Shown here piece after piece: positions 53,701 to 64,000 of a stretch of DNA of 64,000 nucleotides. This stretch comes from Oopsacas minuta (Eukaryota; Animalia; Porifera). The stretch covers positions 387,220 through 451,219 of the forward strand of contig JAKMXF010000077.1 of NCBI GenBank assembly GCA_024704765.1, read 5' to 3'. The number at the start of each line of letters is the position of its first letter. Positions within the stretch are counted from its first letter, which is position 1. The notes below the pieces were generated by a model. That model was not told the origin of the DNA. It saw nothing but the letters and a program-made list of their open reading frames with translations, and did no database searches. Position numbers and translations under genes: made by a program.

Positions 53701-54395
53701 TTGGCTAACTGATTCTGAAACACAAAACTAAATGATTCAGAGAATTAGTTAGTAACTAAATAAACTCCTACAACTCGAAAGATTCGTACTCTTCAAATAT
53801 GTACGTGTCGAATAAATAAAACATTCTAATCTATATAAGTTGTAAATATTTCATGATTTATGTTTAATACTACCATTATGAATAGGTGTTCATTGTTCAA
53901 GGTCACAACTCGAAAAATAGAGTCACAAATGTTAGAAATGGGTACTATCATAACCATACATGGCACACTTTTCGCAAATAACGAACATGAATAATATAGA
54001 GAAATTTATATATAGTATCAGTTTCGGTCATTTATGTAAAATTGAAAAATCGATAGGGATATGATCAACAAACGTCCGATAGCCACATATAAGCGGACAT
54101 ATCTTAGAAATGGTTATTATAAGTTCATAATGTTTTTAGAAATTGTTGCAAATAGAAAGAGCGGTCATAAAAATATTCACAAGCCAGATATGGAGCCTAA
54201 TTCACATTTTTGAGAATGGAAGACAAAGTAATTGGGATAAAAACACATCAAAATTTAAAATTTGAAAAAATTTTTCCAGACTTCACAGAGGTCAGTAAAT
54301 AGCAATTTATTCCCCAACAAACTTGTATTACATAATCCTAAGCTCTTTTAGGTTGATAATTTTTTCAATTTCTTCGTAAAGAATTTCCACCCGTG
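50758..54395 (+). mobile_element. Chapaev-like DNA transposon with long (about 570 bp) imperfect terminal inverted repeats
   Basis: 50758-51325 is an inverted copy of 53831-54395 (e.g. CCATTTCTAAGATATGTTCGCTTATACGTGGCTATCGGACGTTTGTTGATCATATCCCT with 2 mismatches); candidate termini CACGAGCGTAAATTCC / CACGGGTGGAAATTCT; TSD not clear. Confidence 0.75.
51546..53700 (+). pseudogene. Chapaev-like transposase relic
   Basis: HLDNLYLVCRF(C) and PKVICSICR (Chapa-like zinc finger); YIDAGKDFLK (1st Asp); IACYFKVAALQVG...SCNFPRPFC; YWNGTLEGNSCSRLL; MSLKSHSLLDH; SEQSGEMLHS; many stops and frameshifts. Confidence 0.7.
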
Positions 54396-57222
54396 ACAGG
54401 TTATCACCACAATTACTCATGAATTTTATCATTATGAGTCATAAATATATTCATCTTCAAAAGAATGCTGGGCAAAGATTTATCAATATTTTTGTTAGTT
54501 TTGTGTATTCTATGCTTGTCAATATCAAACACAACCAGTTAATGATATTGTAATTGGAATCACATACCATCAGGAAACCCATACCAGTTCCATAATCTAC
54601 TTGTTACTGTTAGGTCTTATGTAGGGTAGGCTGTGTTAAGTATTAAATAGCTAGATTTCTTAGCGATTTGGTCACTACGCGCAAGGGAATTATACTGGAC
54701 AATGCATGCATAAAGATAACATTTTTACTGAACGTATAATTTTTATTATTAATGGCTCATCCAAATTCCATTTAAGGGCCTTTTGAGGTAATGATGGACC
54801 TGCAAAGTGACTTTTGGTAAGAAATCTGGGATATTTAGGCTTTATATATTTCAAATTCAGAAAATATTCAAATTTGGATGTTTTGAAAGTTTATACTGAC
54901 GTAATAATTCCATAATGAGTTTGTTTTTTGGTTAGAAACATGTTGTCAGGACATTTATCACAAGGGCGTCCCTGTGATTCAAATTTCAAAACTTCTATCG
55001 TATATATTGGTTGAGCAGTGTTAAATAATGTGATTGTTGATCATCCAAAAAAGGGGACAATGCCGTCATATTATCGTCATTGGTCTGAATTTTTGTCCAA
55101 GACACGAATTGTCTGAGCCAGGCCTAAATTTCCTGTGTGCCAAAATCGTACTTGCGGTCCTCCAGTTTATTCAATCAGTTCTGCACATTCAACCATATGT
55201 TTATATATATACATATAGATAAATTACGTTTTAATTGTAAATGTATGCGTCATCTGCTTCATTGTGCATCTTTTGGTAAGCGATTGGTCCTACGGTATCC
55301 GAAACTATTAGTCAATAAAAAGCTCCCGGAGAGGTGTCCCAAAACTCTCAATATGGATATTCCAAGTTTTTATCAATTCGAAGTTTAAATGTATGTTCTG
55401 AAGACATCAAAATTGATCATTAGAGTTATAGCTACTAAATACTGAAATACACATTACATCATGACAACGTCCTGGTACTGAAACCACAACCGTATATAGG
55501 AGTTGGTTATCTGTTCGAAGAGTTAGGAAACCACAACTTGACAGGATACGAAGAAGGCATATATAACACCATAAAAGACAATTACATAACGTAAGTATAT
55601 AGATCGGCACTATAGAGACTCTATGAAATGTTGTGCCAAAGATTTAATGACATATACTCCGCACAATAGGGTCACATCAAAAACAGGCTATATTTTTCCC
55701 GAATAAGCGGAATAAAAGTGTTGGACCGGTTAACAGGAGTAGGCGAACCTATTTATATGGTTGTGTTCCCCGTCGAGTGGCCTTAAAAGTAAGTTAACAT
55801 GACTACCCGAACTACTCTATTTGGATTACGTGGCAATGTTGTACTAAATAACTAGCGCATATCCTAGCATTGCACTTTTGAGGGAAGGATATATGTAGTG
55901 CTCGCGCCAGGTAATTTGCAACGTCCTAACTATTAATGCATAGTTTACCGCGATATAAAAGTATCGTCGTTTCAGTCATGCATTGTGGAGAAGACGTACA
56001 ATAATTTCAAGATCTAATAGAAAATACTCAACCAATCAATTAGCAATATTCAGAATAGAAACACGTCCTCGAATCGAAACATTTCCATACATATGGCTTT
56101 GTCTGAGAGTGTTTCGTGGAACATAACTCATATACATAGATTCTTTGGAAATAGAAAGAATATAAGTGAAAAAGCAAGAACAATCGTATAAAGACTGATT
56201 GGAGGCAAGTAAAAAGATAATAGAAGGTAATTGAATCTTGGTGGTAAATATAATTTCAATAATAATTGGTTAATAGAATTTCAGCCATATTCTCCCATGC
56301 AAACACAAATACAGGCTGCACAGGGAGCATCAATGATGATATATTCAGTGGTTGTCGGATATGTAATTTCAATTAATGCATAAGAACCTTCAAATTGATC
56401 CCTCACATGACAGTTAAAGTGCGTAAAGAATTACAGAAACATCAAACAATACACAAATCATTAATACTACATAATATAGTTGTTCGGTAATTAGGGTCAA
56501 CTCAAAAAATTGGAACACCTGGTACATGGAGAAAAGTATTATTTAGGAAAAATCTCCAGGAACCACATCATCTCTGTTAAATCGAAAAATAAATTTCTCT
56601 TAGTAGGGACAAGCACCGCGATAGAGGAAAATCAGTCTCTCTTCATCAAGAAGATATTCATCTAGATCTGGGTAATTCCAATCGGGTGGAATACGGACAA
56701 ATTCAGGGTATTTGTATGAAAAGGTCCCCTATTACTAGTTATTTATAACAACAATATTCCACAGATGGCATCTAACGATACGCGACTTTAACACAATTAA
56801 CAGTGTCTAAAATACTTTAGATCTTCTGCGATTGAAAATATAGAGTAAATCAGCAAGAAAGTATGATTAATAAAGATTCTCCGGTCAATGGGGAACTCCG
56901 CATAATCAGGACAAAAATTCAAGAAACGATATGTCCCAATTTTGCTGAATTGACTGTACATTGAACCAAAGTAATTTTGAGGAGTGAACAAGATGTATAT
57001 ATTTAAAATATCGAGAACCTTCGTATGATAACATGGGCAGCGGAGGGTACGAAATAGCAGTCAGGCCCTTGGATTGATTTATATTCAAGTGGTCAAGCCC
57101 GGTAATACATTAGAACAAGTTATTGCAAACAGTGGTTGGGTTATGCGACAAGACCGTTTCCGCCGAAGGTATATTATTTAAATGATAATGTGAAGAAGAT
57201 ACTAGAATAATCAAAATCATAC

Positions 57223-57389
57223 CTGCAATGAATCAGAGGAGGACTTGTTTTATCAGCGAAGGAGTCATACATGGACATGGTCACATCATGAAAATCCAAT
57301 AAAGTTGATATTTCAGGGACTCCAAAGTCAGGCCAAGAGATAAATTGGTAATGGATGATATTTCGATGTGAACAAACCTCAGATGTATT
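57223..57389 (-). CDS. protein tyrosine phosphatase exon (WPD loop to HCS)
   Basis: catttag|AAT ACA TCT...CAT TGC AG|gtatga; 167 bp, phase 0 to phase 2; NTSEVCSHRNIIHYQFISWPDFGVPEISTLLDFHDVTMSMYDSFADKTSPPLIHC(S). Not in the ORF track. Confidence 0.93.
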
Positions 57390-57942
57390 CTAAATGTGAA
57401 AGAGAATTGATAAGGGTAATTGGAAGCGTAACCTAAATTTCAACTGATTTGTACATCAATTTGTAATTGAAAATATTCCCGATACAATCTGTAAGCCTAA
57501 CAAATTCGAAGAAAATACGAAAAATTAATATTATTCTAACAAAAATGATGAAAGTCTCAGAAATTTGATATTTCCTAGCCTGAGTAGCTAATTACCTAAG
57601 TAAGCTAAGTAGTAGCTACTATATATATATTGAAAGAGGTAGAATACAAATCTATCGACCTACATCATTATAAAGTAAGAACACGCAGATCGGGACACTT
57701 CTTAATCAAGTAAAGATCTCCAAAAAGGGCACACCTTTCCGGCCATCAACTATTGTATAAGGGTTTGCGAGTATCCACTAGAAAGTAAGCTGTAAATACT
57801 GTCCAGATGGGTTATTACAGCATTGTAAATTAACACTGCCTGATTTTGTCATACGTTTCCTACATCAAATCTTTAAGACACATGAATTTTGGAAGACTTA
57901 CAGAATTTGGGATGAGCAAATCAAGTAGGCTTTTCATTACCC

Positions 57943-58001
57943 TAGTCGAATTGTCCTCAGACTTCAGACAACGAGTCTGAAGTCTGTAGACAATTCGACT
58001 A
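57943..58001. repeat. 59-bp palindrome (27-bp arms, 2 mismatches, 5-nt loop)
   Basis: TAGTCGAATTGTCCTCAGACTTCAGAC-AACGA-GTCTGAAGTCTGTAGACAATTCGACTA. Confidence 0.9.
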
Positions 58002-58151
58002 TGGATACTTCAGTCATAAATTTAACTCACTTCTACTGATCATATTTGAACGAAATCTGTATAATTCGAAAAAGACGAATTAGACTGTTTATAAAAAACA
58101 CCTAAGTCGTTATTGAATAATGTATACTCTCATACACATTCTTGGTTGGAG

Positions 58152-58276
58152 CATTGCTTCTCAACCATCTTTCTCCAGCGGACCTCTCTAGTCCATTTTA
58201 TGGGACATGTGGACTCCCTGCCAATAAATATAACAAAAAAATGGTTGGGCCGCGGACGAAAGGTTGAAAACGACTG
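58152..58276. mobile_element. hAT/Charlie-like MITE
   Basis: Ends CATTGCTTCTCAACC and reverse complement CAGTCGTTTTCAACC; flanking 8-mers GGTTGGAG / GGATAGAG (6 of 8); internal GCGGAC / CCGCGGAC motifs. Confidence 0.55.
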
Positions 58277-59344
58277 GGATAGAGTATTAGGGAAAGGAAT
58301 TCCATTCAATTACACTCCTAAATAATCGAATTGGATTCTGAAGTCTCTAGGCATACTTTGGTGCTGTGGACATGAATGTTAAATAAATATCACAAACAAT
58401 ATAATCAATTCACAACGCTGGAACGATTTAAAATATATATCGGGACTGAGAGTGAAGGGGGATGATCATATTTTACATAAAGTAGGTTCAGTTCAAAATC
58501 CATTTCTAACCTTAAATCCAACTGAATTTTAATTATTTTATTCCAATCATTGTTGAGATATGGACGTAAATAACCATAGCGATGTTATCACCAAATACAA
58601 AATTATCACCAGAAACGGCAGTCCAATAATCAAAAATTTGCAGTATGTTTGTGTATTACTAATTATAAATTTGAGATGAATTCTTGAAGTATCTGTCATC
58701 ACGATCCTTTCAAATTTTAAGATACAACCTCTCACATCTCATAATTCAATTACATTAAAAAACAGGGGCTCTAGTGCTGTATATTTCATTCAATGGTAAT
58801 ATATTTAAAAGTGTTCAATGTCATTTTATGTACCCCATTTAGTCAGTGTTAACTTGTTGTGCTTTGTTGTGAGTCAATATTGTGCAGTAAATACCACGCA
58901 GACTATTTTACTAACATGACATATGCGTTACATCAGAATAAAATAAATAAATTTATTACAACAACTTAATATGTTTAGTTACATATTAATGATGAATTTA
59001 ATCATCAAACCAATGGAACAAATTTTGATCTTTTTGTTTAATATCATTTCAGCTCTCAGCATTCTCTCGTTTTTGCATTATTTGATGTTTCATATGCTTC
59101 TTGAATTCAATTATTCAATCATTTTGAGATAAATTGATCTTTTCAAATTTCTTGCGTATATATATTAGTGTGGCGTAACATTACGATTTCTCTCGAATTG
59201 TGGGGTGCTCGTATTGACTTGTCCTCTCCTCTCTATATCCTCAAGCTTTTCACGAATATGATTTCACGCACTAATTATTTCGAATTCATCTATCGTATTT
59301 TCTGCTTTTTGTGCTTGTGTCGTATCTATATTTCTCATCCCTGG

Positions 59345-62300
59345 CAGGCTTGCCGTGGATGAAAAAATCCCATCCATATCCACATCCATATCCATGTGAT
59401 TTTAGCGTGGATATCCATGCATATTTCAAAGACCTAGAACATCTTGTCTATAACGGCCATTCAAGGCTACTAGTGACTATTATGTACAGGTAACCGCTAT
59501 GTAGATGTAGATTACTAATGAAAATCTATTCATATGCTAAACGTAATACTGAAGCTCTAGACATTATGTAAACTGTCATTCATAAACTCTTCGATATCAC
59601 TATCGTCATCAAATGACAGGAGCCCCCTTAGGCTCGATTACAATTATCAGCTTCTTGATTATTGCGATATACTTTTTCTGGTATCGGATGTATACTAATT
59701 TCTTCATGACCACCGGTGACATTCTCTTTCTCATTTTTGAAAGTAGGTTGCCGGCATGGCAGAACAACCTCTCCACGCCTGCAAAAGATATTGGTGCCGA
59801 GAAATTTATCTTTGCATAAGGTGCGCAGACGTGTTAAAACACTGTACCGCCAAAACTGAGTTGGATCCTTAATTGGTACCCGGGTGTCTCTGAATTCTTG
59901 GAGCTCTATACCAAGAGTAGTAGCCTTTGGCCTTTTGGCTCGCGACTGTTCACCTTCATCGTCATCATCAACGGTTAATAAGTACAAAATCTTGAAAAGG
60001 GTCCCCAGACTTTTGATGATGAACATTTTTTACCGCATGTGGATCAAGGTGTTTGACGGAAGGTTCGCACTTTCCAAAGAGCTGTTCAAGATATTGATCA
60101 ACAATGATGTCGTGTTCAGCTGCCACTATCAGCCAGTTTATAGCGAATGTTTTATGCACCGATTTTTTCGATAGAGAATGCTGCTTGACATACCCTCGAA
60201 TGATTTCCGAGATATCCAGACCTACAAAATAATAAAGTAAGTTGCAGAAACTTGCTTAGCAGAAAAAGTGGTGGGTAAAATTAGTGTATGCCATTTATGT
60301 AGGTTTTGGTATTTAATTAAGTACTTATCTGAGAGAAAAGCAGCAGATTGTGAAAAGGCTGATCCAGAATACATCCACAACTTTTGCTCCATTTGGCCTC
60401 GCAGATCTTGGCATAAATTTCCTGTAACACAATACTCAGATTCATCAATTTGGCGATTGAACAAGAACATGTCAATAAGTAAATAATTAACGAATGATAG
60501 ATGTGATATTACGTGGTCTACTTCAACTCGCTCGAAGAAGAGTTTTACTTGTTCCAACACAGTCAACACAGACTTCAGTAGAGCCAGGGATGGTAGATTA
60601 TCCACCACGGAGTTATCGTCTTCTTTGAGATACACCACATAGTTATGTACTGCAGCTAAGAATCTGTTATCATGAGAACTCCAAGGACGGGTAGTAGATT
60701 TCCCTGGTATCGCCCTCACTAATTTTTTTGCCCTATCATCATGACGGTTATAGAAACTTTCAATATTGTGTATTTTATCCATTACCTGGTCCGGTAATAC
60801 CAATCTGCAGTGCCCTGTTGGTTCAGCGTCGAGTACTTTGGTGAGATACGTTGACAATGCATGCCCTGTGCAACCAATTCTACCTCAAAATTGTGATCAG
60901 CTGTATCCCATCGACCATCGAAAGCAGCCTTCATTTTATTCTCATTGTCAGTTGTTACAAAGATAGGGTATCGTGGTTTCAAATCCGAACAAAATGCCTC
61001 ATCAAAGATTTTGAAAGTAAACTCTGGGTAATGTGGAATTTCGTCGAGGTTCTCCAGTCGAAGGGGAAATTGAAACCACTCCCATTCATCTGTCAATCCA
61101 CAAGCAATTATTCCACCATATCCAACTCGTTGCTGGTGCCTCCCAAAACAAAAATCCATTATCCCAGGATACACGTGTCAGCCGCTTCAGAGTGTAAAAC
61201 GACATGTACAGCTGTTTGAGTTGTAAATGGATGAAAGTATCTTTCTCTTGGATACCTGGAAAAAGGCTATAGATGTTAGTTTGCAATGTTTACTCAAGTA
61301 CATACTACTAAATAAGTAGACTTCAATTAATTTACTATAGTACATTTGAAAACAAATTTGTTTGTGAATTTGAAATTTATGTCCTAAATATACTCGGGAA
61401 AAAGCAGATGTAACACACCATCAGTGATATTGGTTCGCCCAATGTTCCAGTTAAAAAGAATATTCGCTCTGATGGTCACCTCTGCATCATAGTTGGCGTG
61501 AGCTGAAGCTAAGTTAGCACATGCGTTAATGGAAACTGTTGGGTGTACACTTAACTGATCCACTACTTCATCCCTCCACAAAATTTCAACTCCCATAGTA
61601 GAGGATTTCTTGTTTCAGTTAACTTCATTGCAGCAAAGCAATGCTCATTCAGAGGTTTTTGTGTTGATGTAGTCGGCTTAGATTCATTTTTACTACACAT
61701 TTCCTGGTAGAGTTTCACTGAGCTCATGCCACTCTGGTTTACCCATTTTCATTTACTGAAATTGTACCACGCGAATGTTTTGGTACAATATCCACACGAG
61801 AGGTACTGTGAGTATTTCTTTTCCTCAGTGATGTAGATTGCTTTGGCATTCACGTTGTTCTTGTTGTGAGATGTCGGTACATTTTGTAGATAGCCGAGTT
61901 ATCTCTAACTCTTCCATTAATGCAATCGCCACTGATTTTTTGAAATTCCATACGTAAAGTTAATCATTAACAGCTATAATTACCTTATATACTTATATAT
62001 GCTACTTCATGCCATTGTTGTGGTTCCTCAGGTAGTATAAGTTTTCAACAACAACAACACCAGAATTCAAGAGTGAAGGGGATGAATAATGTAGCAATAA
62101 TTGCATCATAATTGCATAGTAATTGGTTACCTCTCACCAACATAGATCTTGAAAGAATTCAAACTTTACATGAAATCTGGCACTATTCGTGACACAATAA
62201 TTACTGACATTACAATAATTGGCTACCTACGCAACTTCACCGATCTTACCCATAATAACTAATTTTCAATCATAATTGATTATCAATTGGGAAATCAAAT

Positions 62301-62601
62301 AATTTGATAATCTGATATTCATAAGGTATGAAATAATAATTGTGTGGTGCTGGTTAGTTACATGTAATACACCAGCTTAGCTGATGGGGCTAATTAATGG
62401 GGCTGACAATAATTTAGATGGGGCGCTATCCCATCTAACCCAATGCTGGAGCCGCCACCGAACAACACTAGTAAGTGTACTTAGTAAATATTGTAAATTT
62501 AATTATAACAGCATCCCTATTATTGAATATCCTATGGATATCCACGATATCCATGGATATGACCAATCCATGCATGGATATCCATATCCACAACAAGCCT
62601 G
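59345..62601 (-). mobile_element. hAT DNA transposon, full length (3257 bp), defective
   Basis: TIRs CAGGCTTGCCGTGGAT / CAGGCTTGTTGTGGAT; 8-bp TSD ATCCCTGG / ATCCTTGG; subterminal GGATAT/ATATCC repeats at both ends. Confidence 0.92.
59557..61917 (-). pseudogene. hAT transposase, frameshifted
   Basis: LSCGYC (BED-like), GIMDF (1st Asp), VTTDNENKMKAAF (2nd Asp), CTGHAL (CxxH), TRPWSS, DPTQFW...APISFAGVERLFCHAGNLLSKMRKRMSP (hATC domain with catalytic Glu). Confidence 0.85.
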
Positions 62602-63493
62602 ATCCTTGGCGACATGATATCAACCCAGAACACACCATTCCTACTCCCTGAGCAAAGTAGTTAATAAGCATTATAAACTATTTAAAATCGGTTGATGGCC
62701 AAAGGAAACTTTAATTCGAAATGAACTCTATAATAGACTTTCCAATATATAAATCAAAGATGTGGTAGCTACTCAGTAGTCCTTACGTCATATACTCCCT
62801 GATACCCAAATTCCAGCTGATTCACTACCGCAAAATCTTTTTGTCATGCATATGTATACTTCTAATGAATATATTTCTTAAAATTATTCAAGGTCGTAAT
62901 AAATTATTATGCTGCGATGACTATCCAGGATCTTGAGTATTCTACCAGTCCAATGCTTGTAGCAGAAATTATCAGTAGTGATATAGTACAACTGAAATTT
63001 AACATTTATTGAAGAAACCGTGTAAATTAAAATTAGCATTTAATAGAGATGTAGAAAACAAAAACTTAAGATGAATTATAGCTGGGCTATAATACAAAGT
63101 TCGTATTTTTCATATGATAATTTACAAAATAGAATTACCCCCAAACTATCTGAGGTTTGTATCTAATGGTGCAATTCTAAATGTCTATCCAGTTATACCT
63201 CTGTGTACAGCTCACGAAACGCAAGGAATCAGTCACAATTTTGAGGAAAAGTTAAAATTGATAAAAAGATAAAGTGAATAATTCTGCATAGTTCTGGTCG
63301 ATGATATTTCCAAATAACTTAAATGAAATTGACAACCTTTTCGGATTATTATTGTATACTCTATGCTTTGAAAAACGATCCATTGATTATGATAATCGAA
63401 TTCTGAAATACACTCTACTGGCACTATTGATCGATGTCAAACCCAAATTCAAACCCAACATAAAATATTCAGAAAGAAAAGAATTAAACAAAC

Positions 63494-63613
63494 CTGTAGA
63501 AGAAAGGAACGTTGGATATAGCTTTGATTGACCTTTGTTTCAAGATGTTGTATGATAAATGGGCCTAATGTCAGGGTACAATGATCTTCAGGCCAATAGC
63601 AAGAACACTTTAT
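63494..63613 (-). CDS. protein tyrosine phosphatase exon (KCxxYWP motif)
   Basis: ctaaaatag|ATA AAG TGT TCT TGC TAT TGG CCT...CTA CAG|gtttgt; 120 bp, phase 0 to phase 0; IKCSCYWPEDHCTLTLGPFIIQHLETKVNQSYIQRSFLLQ. Not in the ORF track. Confidence 0.9.
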
Positions 63614-64000
63614 CTATTTTAGATGAGAAACGAGAAGATATGTATTAAACATGACACAGATTACACATAACAAAATATACGATAACTAGATAGAAATGGT
63701 AAATATAACATTAGAAAGAATATTCTTGGAATAGAATGTTGATAGGACAACTAAAATGGCACTAATATAAAACACACATGTAGATAATTAGGAAATACAT
63801 ATAAGTTGCATAGGATAAGCATGACTATCGTGTAAAACGATGCCCAATGCTGATTCAGAGATACATCAATAGGCAGTCTTAACAATTAAGTACACAGAGA
63901 TTTTCCAATTATTGATATAGAAATAGGACGCGCAATTAAGTATGTATCAGATAATATTATTAGGAAACGAAAGATGTCAATGTTAATTGACATCCTTCGT

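Noticed and set aside
55440-55592. Plus-strand exon-like frame ending in a GTAAGT donor (YIGVGYLFEELGNHNL...)
   Set aside because: No in-frame acceptor and no recognisable homology.
144-64000. Most short ORFs in the supplied track
   Set aside because: Antisense or alternative-frame shadows of TE relics, or chance ORFs in AT-rich DNA with no motifs.

Overview
AT-rich animal (invertebrate-like) genomic DNA; no rRNA, tRNA or CRISPR recognised. The only host gene I can reconstruct is a classical, probably receptor-type protein tyrosine phosphatase on the minus strand. Three exons (63494-63613, 57223-57389, 33324-33459) have GT-AG sites and compatible phases and splice into a catalytic domain with intact YWP, WPD, HCSAGVGRSG and Q-loop motifs, separated by introns of about 6.1 kb and 23.8 kb. 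The rest is mostly decayed transposable elements: two maT (DD37D) copies, a mariner (DD34D), an inverted pair of Tc1-like DD37 copies that are identical inside but differ at their ends, a Chapaev3, a Chapaev-like element with ~570 bp inverted repeats, a RAG1-core-like Transib relic, a full-length hAT with an 8-bp TSD, a THAP/P-element relic, a Gypsy integrase followed by a possible env-like ORF, and several MITEs. All family assignments come from motif recognition by eye and recalled family consensus; no searches were run.
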